DNA from: Deltaproteobacteria bacterium
GTDB lineage: Bacteria; Desulfobacterota; JACPFL01
Direction of reading: 5' to 3'
Assembly: GCA_016183025.1 (NCBI GenBank)
Contig: JACPFL010000109.1
Location: forward strand, 1-55,339
DNA length: 55,339 bases
The notes under the pieces: model-generated
The model's database searches: none
Told to the model about the DNA's origin: nothing
What the model saw: only the letters and a program-made list of their open reading frames with translations
In this document: positions 43,403 through 52,639 of the stretch, in pieces
How positions within the stretch are numbered: position 1 is the stretch's first letter
Layout of the letters: each line of letters begins with the position of its first letter
Translations under genes and position numbers: made by a program

Positions 43403-44884
43403 CTATCCCCGGCGCCAGCGCAGCCGCGGCTGCCGGGCGGCCCGTACCTCGTCCAAGCGCGAGAGCTTCGGGTGGTGGGGAGCCTCGAGCACCGTAGCCG
43501 GCTCGACCTCGGCCTCCCGGGCGATCCGGATGAACGCCTCGACGATCCGGTCCAGCTCCTCCCGGCTCTCGGTCTCCGTCGGCTCGATCATGAGGGCTGC
43601 CTGGACGACCAGGGGGAAGTAGATGGTCGGCGGGTGGATCCCGAAGTCCATCAGGCGCTTGGCGATGTCCAGGGTGTGCACCCCGTGCTGGCCCTGGCGG
43701 CGGTCGGTGAACACGCACTCGTGCATGCAGGGGCGGTCGTACGGCAGGTGATAGTAGGGCTTCAGGCGCTCCTTCAGGTAGTTGGCGTTGAGGACCGCGG
43801 TCTCCGCCACCTCCCGCAGCCCCGCGGGTCCATAGGCCAGGATGTAGCTGTAGGCCCGGACCAGCATCCCGAAGTTCCCGCAGAAGGCCCGGAGCCTTCC
43901 GATCGAGCGGGGCCGGTCGTAGTCCTGCCGGAAGCGCTCTCCCTCCTTCACGATCACCGGGACCGGCAGGAACGCCGCCAGCGCCCGCGTGACCCCTACC
44001 GGCCCGGCCCCGGGCCCGCCGCCGCCGTGGGGCGTGGAGAAGGTCTTGTGCAGGTTGAAATGGAGCACATCAATGCCCATGCTCCGCGGTCGGGCGATCC
44101 CCAGCAACGCGTTCAGGTTGGCCCCGTCACAGTAGACCAGCCCCCCCCGTGCGTGCACGACCTGGGCGATCTCCCCGATCTCCTCCTCGAACAGGCCGAG
44201 CGTGTTCGGGTTCGTGACCATGATGGCCGCCACCTCGTCGTCCACGAGGCTGGCCACCCGCTCCGCACGGAGGTACCCGCGCTCCCCGGTGGGGATCGGG
44301 ACGACCTTGTAGCCGCAGAGCGCGGCGCTGGCAGGGTTGGTGCCGTGGGCCGTGTCCGGGACGAGGACCTTGGTCCGGACCGAGTCGCTCGCGATGTGGT
44401 ACGCGCGGATCATGAGCATCCCGGCCAGCTCGCCGTGGGCCCCGGCCGCCGGCTGCAGGGTCACGGCGTCCATCCCGCTGATGTCGGCCAGGAACCGCTC
44501 CAGCTCGTGCATGAGCCGCAGCGCCCCCTGGCTCAGCGCGTCCGGCTGGCCGGGGTGGGCCAGGGCGAAGCCGGGAATCCGCGCGGCCTCCTCGTTCACT
44601 TTGGGGTTGTACTTCATCGTGCAGGAGCCCAGAGGATACGGCCCGACGTCGATGGCGAAGTTCCACTGAGACATCCGGGTGAAGTGGCGGACGACCTCCA
44701 CCTCGCTCACCTCCGGGAAGTCCTCGATCTCCTTGCGCACGAGATGGGAGGGGAGGAGCTGGTCCAGCGGCGGGGCCTCCACGTCGCAGGCGGGGAGGGA
44801 ATACCCGCGGCGTCCAGGGGCCCCCTGCTCGAAGAGGAGCGGCTCGTTGAAGATCAGCCCGGTCGTCCCCAGCGGTTCCGCCAT
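43403..44884 (-). CDS. gcvPB: Glycine dehydrogenase (decarboxylating) subunit 2
   Basis: ATG at 44884. 'GSCTMKYNPK' and 'NLHKTFSTPHGGGGPGAGPVGV' (PLP-lysine region), 493 aa. Confidence 0.95.
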   Translation of the reverse strand: MAEPLGTTGLIFNEPLLFEQGAPGRRGYSLPACDVEAPPLDQLLPSHLVRKEIEDFPEVSEVEVVRHFTRMSQWNFAIDVGPYPLGSCTMKYNPKVNEEAARIPGFALAHPGQPDALSQGALRLMHELERFLADISGMDAVTLQPAAGAHGELAGMLMIRAYHIASDSVRTKVLVPDTAHGTNPASAALCGYKVVPIPTGERGYLRAERVASLVDDEVAAIMVTNPNTLGLFEEEIGEIAQVVHARGGLVYCDGANLNALLGIARPRSMGIDVLHFNLHKTFSTPHGGGGPGAGPVGVTRALAAFLPVPVIVKEGERFRQDYDRPRSIGRLRAFCGNFGMLVRAYSYILAYGPAGLREVAETAVLNANYLKERLKPYYHLPYDRPCMHECVFTDRRQGQHGVHTLDIAKRLMDFGIHPPTIYFPLVVQAALMIEPTETESREELDRIVEAFIRIAREAEVEPATVLEAPHHPKLSRLDEVRAARQPRLRWRRG

Positions 44885-44898
44885 CGCTCGCCTCCCGG

Positions 44899-46254
44899 TC
44901 ACGCGCGCCCCAGGCGGCCCAAGGCTTCGGCGAGCCGGTCGATGTCCGCGCGGGCATGGGTCTCGGTCACGCAGACGAGGAGGGCCGGCCGGAGCTCCGG
45001 ATACCACCGTCCGAGGTCCACGCCGCCCAGGATCCGCTCCGCCTCGAGGCGCTCCAGCAGCCGGGCAGGCGGGGCCGGGGGTTCCAGGACGAACTCGTTG
45101 AAGGTCGGGGCCCGGAACTTCAGGCGGAACCCCGGGAGGGCGCCCAGGCGATCCCGGGTGTAGGCGGCCTTGTTGAGGTTGAGGCGGGCCACCTCGCGGA
45201 GCCCCTCCTTCCCCATCGTCGCCAGGTAGATCGCGGCCATCAGCGCGCACAGTCCCTCGTTCGTGCAGATGTTCGAGGTGGCCTGCTCCCGCCGGATGTG
45301 CTGCTCCCGCGTCGCCATGGTCAGGACGTATCCGCGTCGGCCCTCGCGGTCCACGGTCTCGCCCACGAGCCGTCCGGGCATGGCGCGCACGTGCGCGTCG
45401 CGGGTCGCGAAGAACCCCAGGTACGGCCCGCCGAAGGAGAGCGGGATCCCGAACCCCTGCCCCTCCCCGGCCACGATGTCAGCCCCCTGTTCCCCGGGCG
45501 GGCGCAGCAGCCCCAGGGAGATCGGCTCAGCGACGATGGCCACGAGCAGCGCCCCCTGCCGGTGGGCCACGTCGGCGAGCGGGGCCAGGTCCTCCACCCC
45601 GCCGAAGACATTGGGGGACTGCACGATCACGCAGGCCGTCTCCCCGTCCACATGCCCCTCCAGCCAGTCCCCATCGGTCACGCCGTCGCGGAACGGCACC
45701 TCGACGAGATCGCCCGCCGCGCCGGCCAGGTAGGTGGCCACCACCTGGCGGTACTCGGGGTGAAGGCTCCGGGCCAGGAAGACCTTGCGGCGGCGGGTGA
45801 CCCGGCGGGCCATCAGGGCCGCCTCCGCCGTGGCCGAGGCCCCATCGTAGAGGGAGGCGTTGGCCACATCCATCCCCGTGAGCTGGCAGATGAGGGTCTG
45901 GAACTCGAAGATCGCCTGCAGCGTGCCCTGGCTGATCTCCGGCTGATAGGGCGTGTACGCGGTGTAGAACTCCGCCCGTCCGGCGAGGTGGCGGACCAGG
46001 CTGGGGATGAAGTGATCGTAGGCGCCGGCGCCCAGGAAGGAGGTATGGCTCCGGACCTGGGCGTTCGCGGCGGCCAGGCCCTCCAGGTGTGCCAGCAGCT
46101 CGGCCTCGCTCAGGGGTCCGCCCACCTGCAGCGGCTCGCGCACCCGGAACGGGGCCGGGATCGTCGCGAACAGCTCCTCCACCGAGCTGCAGCCGATGGC
46201 CTCGAGGAGCGCCTGGCGGTCGCCCTCGCTGTGGGGGATGTAGCGGTGGGTCAC
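44899..46254 (-). CDS. gcvPA: Glycine dehydrogenase (decarboxylating) subunit 1
   Basis: GTG start in a GTGA overlap with the gcvH stop. 'YIPHSEGDRQALLEAIG' and 'YTPYQPEISQGTLQAIFEFQT', 451 aa. Confidence 0.93.
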   Translation of the reverse strand: MTHRYIPHSEGDRQALLEAIGCSSVEELFATIPAPFRVREPLQVGGPLSEAELLAHLEGLAAANAQVRSHTSFLGAGAYDHFIPSLVRHLAGRAEFYTAYTPYQPEISQGTLQAIFEFQTLICQLTGMDVANASLYDGASATAEAALMARRVTRRRKVFLARSLHPEYRQVVATYLAGAAGDLVEVPFRDGVTDGDWLEGHVDGETACVIVQSPNVFGGVEDLAPLADVAHRQGALLVAIVAEPISLGLLRPPGEQGADIVAGEGQGFGIPLSFGGPYLGFFATRDAHVRAMPGRLVGETVDREGRRGYVLTMATREQHIRREQATSNICTNEGLCALMAAIYLATMGKEGLREVARLNLNKAAYTRDRLGALPGFRLKFRAPTFNEFVLEPPAPPARLLERLEAERILGGVDLGRWYPELRPALLVCVTETHARADIDRLAEALGRLGRA

Positions 46255-46640
46255 CCCTGGAACTCCTGGACGTGACGTTCGTACTGCTGGGCCGTGAAGA
46301 GGTGGCCGAGCTGGCTGGGGTCCTCCATCTCCACCACGATCATCCACCCCTGGCCGTACGGCTCCCGGTTGATGAGATCAGGGTTGTTCGGCAGCGGGGT
46401 GTTCACCTCTGTCACCGTCCCGCTCACCGGGGCGAACAGGTCGGAGACCGACTTGACGGACTCGACCACGCCGAAGGGCTGCCCCTGGATCACCCGCGCG
46501 CCCGGCTGAGGCAGTTCGACGTAGACGACGTCGCCCAGGGCGTCCTGGGCGTAGTCCGTGATCCCCACGGTCACGCGGTTCCCCTGCACGCGCGCCCACT
46601 CGTGCTCCGTGGTGTACTTCAGCTCCGGAGGGTAGTGCAT
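46251..46640 (-). CDS. gcvH: Glycine cleavage system H protein
   Basis: 'YTTEHEWARV...GITDYAQDALGDVVYVELP...VESVKSVSDLFAPVSG' (lipoyl-Lys motif), 129 aa. Confidence 0.95.
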   Translation of the reverse strand: MHYPPELKYTTEHEWARVQGNRVTVGITDYAQDALGDVVYVELPQPGARVIQGQPFGVVESVKSVSDLFAPVSGTVTEVNTPLPNNPDLINREPYGQGWMIVVEMEDPSQLGHLFTAQQYERHVQEFQG

Positions 46641-46647
46641 GGTCGCC

Positions 46648-47751
46648 TCACCCCGCGCGCTTGTAGAACGGCGTGGGCACGATCCGGGCCTTCGCCCTCC
46701 GTGCCCGGATCCCGATCTCGATCTCGACCCCGGGGGCGGTCGCCTCCACGGGGACGTAGGCCAGGCCGATGGCCTTCTTCAGCGTGGGGGAGAAGGTGCC
46801 GCTCGTCACCTGCCCCGCTTCCCGCCCGCCGGCCCACACCGGGTAGTGCGCGCGGGGGATCCCCGGCTCCAGCATCTCGAACCCGACGAGCTTGCGCTTG
46901 AGCCCGTCGGCCCGCTGCCGCTCCAGGGCCTCCTTGCCCAGGAAGACGGGCTTCTGGAACTTCACGATCCAGCCCAGGTTCGCCTCGAGCGGCGTGACCC
47001 CGTCGTTGAGCTCATGCCCGTACAGGGCGTAGCAGGCTTCCAGCCGCAGGGTGTCTCGCGCCCCGAGCCCCGTAGGGCGGATGCCGAAAGGCTTCCCCTC
47101 CTCGAGCAGCCGCTCCCAGAGCGCCGTCGCCGCCGCCGCAGGGAGGTAGGCCTCGAAGCCGTCCTCCCCGGTGTAGCCGGTCCGGGAGATGATCGCCTCG
47201 GCCCCATCGAAGGCCGTCGCGGTGAACCAGTAGCGGCGGATCGCCGTCAGGTCCACCGGCACGACCCGTCCCAGCACCGTCTCGGCCAGCGGCCCCTGGA
47301 TGGCCAGGAGGCAGAAGTGGGCGCTCCGGTCCTCGATCTGGGCCCGCCCGTCGTTGTGCAGGCGGAGCCATTCCAGATCCTTCTGGGTATTGGCCGCATT
47401 CACGGTGAACATGTAGCGGTCCTTGCCCAGGCGATACAGGGTCGCGTCGTCCACCACGCCCCCGCTCGGGTTCATCAGGGCCGTGTATTGGACCTGGCCA
47501 TCGGCCAGCCGGGAGGCATCGTTGCAGGTGACCTCCTGGATCACCTCGAGGGCGAGGTCTCCCGTGACCACGATCTCTCCCATGTGGCTGACGTCGAAGA
47601 CCCCGACGGCCGTGCGGACCGCAAGATGCTCCTCGATGACCCCCGCATAGGAAATGGGGAGTTCCCAGCCGGCGAATTCCCCGAACCGGGCCCCCCAGGC
47701 CCGCTGGACCCCGTAGAGGGGAGTGCGCTTGAGTCCCTGCGTCGCGCCCAT
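46648..47751 (-). CDS. gcvT: Aminomethyltransferase (glycine cleavage T protein)
   Basis: 'LKRTPLY...FAGWELPISY...EHLAVRTAVGVFDVSHMGE', 367 aa. Confidence 0.95.
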   Translation of the reverse strand: MGATQGLKRTPLYGVQRAWGARFGEFAGWELPISYAGVIEEHLAVRTAVGVFDVSHMGEIVVTGDLALEVIQEVTCNDASRLADGQVQYTALMNPSGGVVDDATLYRLGKDRYMFTVNAANTQKDLEWLRLHNDGRAQIEDRSAHFCLLAIQGPLAETVLGRVVPVDLTAIRRYWFTATAFDGAEAIISRTGYTGEDGFEAYLPAAAATALWERLLEEGKPFGIRPTGLGARDTLRLEACYALYGHELNDGVTPLEANLGWIVKFQKPVFLGKEALERQRADGLKRKLVGFEMLEPGIPRAHYPVWAGGREAGQVTSGTFSPTLKKAIGLAYVPVEATAPGVEIEIGIRARRAKARIVPTPFYKRAG

Positions 47752-48623
47752 CAGCCGGCCTCAGCCGCCGCCAGAATCACCGGCACCCGCTCCTCGGCGC
47801 CGATGGTCATGATGTGCACGCCGTGCGCCAGGCCCCGGACTTCCCGGATCTGCCGCCCGGCGACCTCGATTCCGAAGCGTACCGGGTCGGGCGCGTGCTC
47901 GATCCCCCTGATGAGCGGCTCGGGCACCTTGATCCCGGGGACCTTGGCGTTCATGTACTGGGCCATCTTGGCCGACTTCAGCGGGATGATCCCGCAGAGG
48001 ATCTTCACCGGGTAGCGGGCCGCGATCTTCATGAAGGCCTCGAACCGCTCGAGGTTGTAGACGGCCTGCGTCTGAAAGAAGCGCGCCCCGGCCTCCACCT
48101 TCCTCTCGAACTTCGCCAGCTCGGGCTCGAAGGGATCGGCCTCAGGCATGACCGCCGCGCCGGCGTACAGATCCGTGCCCCCCTTCAGGGGGTTATCGTG
48201 GAAGTCCCGGCCCTGGTTCAGCTTCGCGATGGCCTGGATGATCTGGACCGAGTCGAGATCGAAGACCGGCTTGGCGTCCGGGTGGTCCCCGATCTGGATC
48301 GGGTCGCCGGTCAGCGTGAGGATGTTGCGGATCCCGAGCACCGAGGCCGAGAGGAGCTCCGACTGGATGGCCAGCCGGTTCTTGTCCCGGCAGACGACCT
48401 GCATGACCGGGTCGAGCCCCTCCCGGAGCAAGATGAGCGAGCCGGCCAGCGGCCCGAGGCGCATGACCGAGGTCTGGTTGTCCGTCACGTTCGCCGCATG
48501 GACCTTCTCCCGGAGCAGCCGGACCTTTTCCACCAGCTTGGTGACGTCGGTCCCCTTGGGGGGCTCCAGCTCGGTGGTGACCACGAACTCCCCCGCCTCC
48601 AGCGCTTCCCGCAGCCCTCTCAT
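47751..48623 (-). CDS. metF: Methylenetetrahydrofolate reductase (MetF-like, 290 aa)
   Basis: ATG at 48623 in an ATGA overlap with the folD stop. '[10 protein letters not shown]', 'NILTLTGDP' and '[12 protein letters not shown]' are MTHFR family features. Confidence 0.85.
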   Translation of the reverse strand: MRGLREALEAGEFVVTTELEPPKGTDVTKLVEKVRLLREKVHAANVTDNQTSVMRLGPLAGSLILLREGLDPVMQVVCRDKNRLAIQSELLSASVLGIRNILTLTGDPIQIGDHPDAKPVFDLDSVQIIQAIAKLNQGRDFHDNPLKGGTDLYAGAAVMPEADPFEPELAKFERKVEAGARFFQTQAVYNLERFEAFMKIAARYPVKILCGIIPLKSAKMAQYMNAKVPGIKVPEPLIRGIEHAPDPVRFGIEVAGRQIREVRGLAHGVHIMTIGAEERVPVILAAAEAG

Positions 48624-49477
48624 GCGGCCTCCCCCGCCTGCAGGCGAGCGGCCCGCAGGGTGTTCGCCATGAGCATGGCCACAGTCATGGGCCCGACCCC
48701 GCCGGGGACCGGGGAGATGGCGGCGGCCCGGGGCTCCGCGGAGGCGAACTCCACATCGCCCACCAGCTTGCCGTCCACGCGGTTGACGCCGACATCGATG
48801 ACCACCGCCCCCTCGCGTATCATCTCGCCCTTGACCAGCCCGGGGCGGCCTGCTGCGGCGACGAGGATGTCGCCGCGGCGGGTGACGTCGGGGAGGTCGC
48901 GGGTCCGGGTGTGACAGATGGTGACGGTGGCATGGCGGTGCAGGAGCATGAGGGCCACCGGCTTGCCGACGATGTTGCTCCGGCCGACCACCACCGCGTG
49001 GCTCCCCTGGATGGTGACCCCGTAGTGCTCCAGCATCCGGATGATCCCGAGGGGGGTACACGGCTCGAAGCGCGGTCGCCCCTCCACCAGGCGGCCGACG
49101 TTGGTCGGGTGGAAGCCGTCCACGTCCTTCTCGGGCGACACCGCTTCGAGGAGTTCGGTGGAGTTGAGCTGCGCGGGGAGCGGGAGCTGGATCAGCACCC
49201 CGTGCACGCGGGGGTCGCGGTTCAGACGGCCCACCAGCGCCGAGACCTCGGCCTGGGAGGTCTCGGCCGGGAGCAGGTATTGCTCCGAGCGGATCCCCAC
49301 TTCGCCGCAGACCTTCTCTTTCGTGCGGACGTAGATGTGGGAGCTGGGATCATCGCCGACCAGGATGAAGGCAAGGCCCGGGGGAAAGCCATGACGGGAG
49401 ACAAACTGAGCAACCCCGGCAGCGACCTCGGCCCTGACCTGCTTGGCCAGGGCCTGCCCCTCGAGAATCTTCGCCAC
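48620..49477 (-). CDS. folD: Bifunctional methylene-THF dehydrogenase / methenyl-THF cyclohydrolase
   Basis: '[11 protein letters not shown]', '[14 protein letters not shown]', 'VLIQLPLP', 'DVDGFHP' and 'GRSNIVGKP'. The GTG at 49477 (GGAGG upstream) is preferred over the track TTG at 49558, because a good promoter lies between them. Confidence 0.92.
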   Translation of the reverse strand: MAKILEGQALAKQVRAEVAAGVAQFVSRHGFPPGLAFILVGDDPSSHIYVRTKEKVCGEVGIRSEQYLLPAETSQAEVSALVGRLNRDPRVHGVLIQLPLPAQLNSTELLEAVSPEKDVDGFHPTNVGRLVEGRPRFEPCTPLGIIRMLEHYGVTIQGSHAVVVGRSNIVGKPVALMLLHRHATVTICHTRTRDLPDVTRRGDILVAAAGRPGLVKGEMIREGAVVIDVGVNRVDGKLVGDVEFASAEPRAAAISPVPGGVGPMTVAMLMANTLRAARLQAGEAA

Positions 49478-49528
49478 GGCGCTCTGCGGGACCTCCGCAC
49501 GGGGAATGCCCGGATGAAAAGCGGCGTC

Positions 49529-49558
49529 AGTATACTGAAGCGCTCTCGGGATTGGCAA
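49529..49558 (-). promoter_or_regulatory. Promoter TTGCCA-18-TATACT of the folD-metF-gcv operon
   Basis: Minus strand reads TTGCCAatcccgagagcgcttcagTATACT, about 50 nt upstream of the GTG at 49477. Confidence 0.5.
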
Positions 49559-49592
49559 GGACTTTCCCCCCTGCGCACGCGGTCTCCGTGCC

Positions 49593-49624
49593 CGTGCGAC
49601 GCCCGTATCGTGCGACGCCCGTAT
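49593..49624. repeat. Perfect 16-nt tandem direct repeat (CGTGCGACGCCCGTAT x2)
   Basis: Read directly at 49593-49608 and 49609-49624, in the divergent folD/SDR intergenic region. Confidence 0.9.
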
Positions 49625-49675
49625 GTGGGTCGGCGGCCCGATGCTGACAGAGGTCGAGCGTTGAACGGAGGTGGC

Positions 49676-49705
49676 TGGACAGGTCTGCGGCGCGCCACAT
49701 ACAAT
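49676..49705 (+). promoter_or_regulatory. Promoter TGGACA-18-TACAAT of the SDR gene
   Basis: Plus strand reads TGGACAggtctgcggcgcgccacaTACAAT, 32 nt upstream of the ATG, with a GGGAGAGAG Shine-Dalgarno in between. Confidence 0.5.
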
Positions 49706-49737
49706 GCGGAGTCAACGGCGGAAACCGGGAGAGAGCC

Positions 49738-50487
49738 ATGCTCGACGGACGGGTTGCGCTGGTCACAGGGGGTGGACGGGGGATGGGGACGGCCATCTGC
49801 CGGGCGCTGGCCCGGCAGGGATCCACGGTCGTGATCAACTACCGGGAGAGCCGGGACCGGGCCGAGGCCCTGGCCGCGGAGATCATCGGGGCCGGAGGCA
49901 AGGCCCTCGCGCTCCAGGCTGACGTGATGGACGGGGAGGCCGTGGCCCGCATGGTCGAGGAAGCGCGGCGGCAACTGGGCAAGCTCGACATCCTGGTGCA
50001 CAACGCGGCCCTGCTCGGGTTCTCGAAGCCGTTCACCCAGATGACGTGGGCGGACTTCGAGCTGCAGGTCGGGATCAGCCTGAAGGCTGCCGTGCACTGC
50101 GCGCAGGCGGTGCTCCCGGACATGACCGCCCAGCGCTGGGGGCGGATCGTCACCATGGGGACCGTCATGGTCAACTTCCCCGGGGCCGCCGGGTACACGG
50201 CCTATCTCGCGGGAAAGGCCGCGCTGCTGGGGTTCACCCGCAGCCTGGCCTTCGAGGTCGGCCCCCTGGGGGTCACGGTCAACATGGTCGCCCCGACCCT
50301 GACGCTGACCGAGCGGATTGCCGCAGGGCCGCAGGATCGGATCGAGGCCTTCGCCCGGCAGATCCCGGTGGGGCGGATCCCCAGTCCGGAGGACGTGGCC
50401 CAGGCCGTGACCTTCCTCGCCTCGCCCGGAGCCGCGCTGATCACCGGGGTCTTCCTGCCGGTCTGCGGCGGGATGCTGATGCTGTAA
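49738..50487 (+). CDS. Short-chain dehydrogenase/reductase (FabG-like, 249 aa)
   Basis: 'VALVTGGGRGMGTAI', 'NAA', 'YLAGKAA' (YxxxK) and 'GVTVNMVAP'. Confidence 0.88.
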   Translation: MLDGRVALVTGGGRGMGTAICRALARQGSTVVINYRESRDRAEALAAEIIGAGGKALALQADVMDGEAVARMVEEARRQLGKLDILVHNAALLGFSKPFTQMTWADFELQVGISLKAAVHCAQAVLPDMTAQRWGRIVTMGTVMVNFPGAAGYTAYLAGKAALLGFTRSLAFEVGPLGVTVNMVAPTLTLTERIAAGPQDRIEAFARQIPVGRIPSPEDVAQAVTFLASPGAALITGVFLPVCGGMLML

Positions 50488-50502
50488 CGATGGTCCCCCC
50501 CC

Positions 50503-50544
50503 AAAAAGAACACGGCCGATACCGAACCGCCAGTATCGGCCGTG
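50503..50544 (-). terminator. Rho-independent terminator of the second FmdB gene (12-bp perfect stem, 10-nt loop, UUCUUUUU tail)
   Basis: Minus strand reads CACGGCCGATAC-tggcggttcg-GTATCGGCCGTG-TTCTTTTT, 20 nt after the stop at 50564. It lies between convergent genes. Confidence 0.75.
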
Positions 50545-50563
50545 GGGACGTTCGCGCCGAGCC

Positions 50564-50875
50564 TCAGCCGGTCTCGCTGGAACCCTTGGACCCGTCGGAC
50601 TTGGACTCCGCCTTTGCGCTCCCCTTCTTGGCCGCGTCACCGTCCTTGGAGTCCGCGGCTTTGTCCCCGTCGCCGGCCCTCTCCGGGTCCTTCATCCCTT
50701 TGCGCGCATAGTCGGTCAGGTACCACCCGGTCCCCTTCAAGATGAAGCCGGCGGGCGAGATGAGCCGGGTCACGGGTCGCTGGCACTGCGGGCAAGACTG
50801 GAGGGCCTCCTCGGAGACCTTGTGCATGACCTCGAACCGGCCACACTGCTCACAGTGGTACTCGTAGATAGGCAT
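50564..50875 (-). CDS. FmdB-family zinc-ribbon protein with Lys/Asp/Ser/Gly-rich tail (103 aa)
   Basis: '[12 protein letters not shown]...CPQC' is the canonical double CxxC. AGGAGG sits upstream. Confidence 0.85.
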   Translation of the reverse strand: MPIYEYHCEQCGRFEVMHKVSEEALQSCPQCQRPVTRLISPAGFILKGTGWYLTDYARKGMKDPERAGDGDKAADSKDGDAAKKGSAKAESKSDGSKGSSETG

Positions 50876-50954
50876 CCCTGCTCCACCTCCTGGCTATTAG
50901 GAAAACTAAATTATGTTAGCATCAAACGGCGCGTATCGCAAGGAACACACGCGG

Positions 50955-51251
50955 TTAGCCGGTAGTCCTGACAGTTGAGGAGAGCCGGCAGCGCAACTCG
51001 TCCGGGCTCAGCCCCGCGACCCGCACGAGCTTCCGTCGGACCCGGGCCCCCCTGACGATCGTGAGGCTGGAGCGCGCGACCCCCAGCAGCTCGGCCAGGA
51101 GGTCGAGACAGGCCTGGCTCGCCGCCCCCTCTACCGCGGGCGCCGTGACCCGGACCCTCAGCGCCGCCCCCTGCCACCCCACCACCTCGCTCCGGGAGGC
51201 ACGGGGCTGGACCAGGAGTTCCAGGAGCGCAGCGGGGTCCGTGGCCCTCAT
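50955..51251 (-). CDS. DUF167 (YggU) family protein (98 aa)
   Basis: 'LLVQPRASRSEVVG...LRVRVTAPAVEG...LTIVRGARVRRKLVRV' matches the YggU pattern. Classical position next to yggT. Confidence 0.75.
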   Translation of the reverse strand: MRATDPAALLELLVQPRASRSEVVGWQGAALRVRVTAPAVEGAASQACLDLLAELLGVARSSLTIVRGARVRRKLVRVAGLSPDELRCRLSSTVRTTG

Positions 51252-51287
51252 CGCGCGCTGGCCTCGCCTGTCGCCGCCGCCCCCCCC

Positions 51288-51590
51288 TCAGCGCAGGAGG
51301 CCGGCGAACTGGTACAGGGAGCGCACGACGAACTGGCGGGCGAAGATCATGAGCACGAAGGCGATGATGGGCGAGATGTCGAGCCCGCTGTACCGCATGC
51401 CGGGGATCAGCCGGCGCAGCGGCGAGAGCACCGGCTCCGTGGTCTGATGGAGGAATCGCACAATCGGGTTGTACGGGTCGGGGTTCACCCAGGAGAGGAT
51501 GGCCCGCGCGGCGATGATGAAGATGTAGATGGTCAGGAGCGTGTCGATCACGTAGGCGAACGCCTCGATCAGGTTGGACAGGATGAACAT
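51288..51590 (-). CDS. yggT: YggT family membrane protein (100 aa)
   Basis: Start at MFILSN after GGAGG. 'YIFIIAARAILSWVNPDPYNPIVRFL...TEPVLSPLRRLIP...GLDISPIIAF' is the YGGT repeat motif. Confidence 0.85.
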   Translation of the reverse strand: MFILSNLIEAFAYVIDTLLTIYIFIIAARAILSWVNPDPYNPIVRFLHQTTEPVLSPLRRLIPGMRYSGLDISPIIAFVLMIFARQFVVRSLYQFAGLLR

Positions 51591-51769
51591 GAGCAGGCTC
51601 CTCCAGGAACGATTGCCGAAGCGAGCATAGCACAGGCCTTTCTCGGCCCACAATCGCAAACGCGCGCCAATCGCGGGCCCTGCGATGGCATCGATGTTGA
51701 CACGCTCAGGGGTTTTCCCCTAAGCTCGGTCTCGCGCCGCACGGAATGCGGCCTCGCGGGGGGTTGGCC

Positions 51770-52600
51770 ATGCTGAAAGGGAAGCGGATCGGCTTCGTGG
51801 GCGGCGGGAACATGGCCGAGGCGCTCGTGCGCGGGCTGCTCCAGTCCGGCCAGACCAATGCCTCGAACCTCATCGCCTCGGACGTGATCGACGAGCGCCT
51901 GACGCTCCTGCAGCGGACCTTCGGCATCCGCACGACGACGGACAACCGCGAGGTCGTCTCGACGTCGGACCTGTTCATCCTCGCCGTGAAGCCCCAGATC
52001 ATCGGGGAGGTCCTGGACGGGATTGCCCCCAAGGTCGGCGCCGACAAGCTGGCCATCTCGATCGCGGCCGGCGTCCCCCTCGCCACCCTGGAGGCCCATC
52101 TGGGGGCCAAGGCCCGGGTGATCCGCGTCATGCCGAACAACTGCGCCCTCATCGGCGAGAGCGCCTCGGCCCTCGCGCCGAACCGGATCGCGACCGCCGA
52201 CGACCTGGAGGTGGCCCGGGCCATCTTCGACGCCGTGGGGAAGACCGTGGTGGTGGAGGAGAAGCTGATGGACGCCGTGACCGGGCTCAGCGGGAGCGGC
52301 CCGGCCTACGTCTATGCGGTGATCGAGGCGCTGGCCGACGGCGGGGTGAACATGGGCCTCCCGCGGGACGTGGCCCTGACCCTCACGGCCCAGACGGTGC
52401 TCGGGGCGGCGAAGGCGGTGCTGGAGACCCGCGAGCACCCGGCGGTCCTGAGGGACCGGGTGACCTCACCCGGCGGCACCACCATCGCCGGGCTCTACGC
52501 GATGGAGCGGGCCGGGCTGCGGGGAGCGCTGATGGCGGGGGTGGAGGCGGGCACGCGGCGCTCGAAGGAGCTGGGGGCCGCCGCGGCTCCCAAGCCGTGA
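51770..52600 (+). CDS. proC: Pyrroline-5-carboxylate reductase
   Basis: 'IGFVGGGNMAEALVRGL', 'LAVKPQ', 'RVMPN' and 'SPGGTTIAG'. The ATG at 51770 is preferred, with an alternative ATG at 51746. Confidence 0.92.
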   Translation: MLKGKRIGFVGGGNMAEALVRGLLQSGQTNASNLIASDVIDERLTLLQRTFGIRTTTDNREVVSTSDLFILAVKPQIIGEVLDGIAPKVGADKLAISIAAGVPLATLEAHLGAKARVIRVMPNNCALIGESASALAPNRIATADDLEVARAIFDAVGKTVVVEEKLMDAVTGLSGSGPAYVYAVIEALADGGVNMGLPRDVALTLTAQTVLGAAKAVLETREHPAVLRDRVTSPGGTTIAGLYAMERAGLRGALMAGVEAGTRRSKELGAAAAPKP

Positions 52601-52639
52601 TGGTCGCGGTGCCCCGGATCAGGTCACGCCACAGCTTCT

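Noticed and set aside
49478-49558. The TTG start at 49558, which would give a 312-aa FolD.
   Set aside because: A TTGCCA-18-TATACT promoter lies inside this extension. FolD homologs begin at the 'AKILEG' region, which follows the GTG at 49477 that has a GGAGG upstream.
49478-49740. A glycine riboswitch upstream of the gcv-containing operon.
   Set aside because: I read both strands and could not find the conserved GGAGAG...CACCG/ACCGAAGGGGCAA-type cores. This is only an eye inspection, so a covariance model should confirm it.
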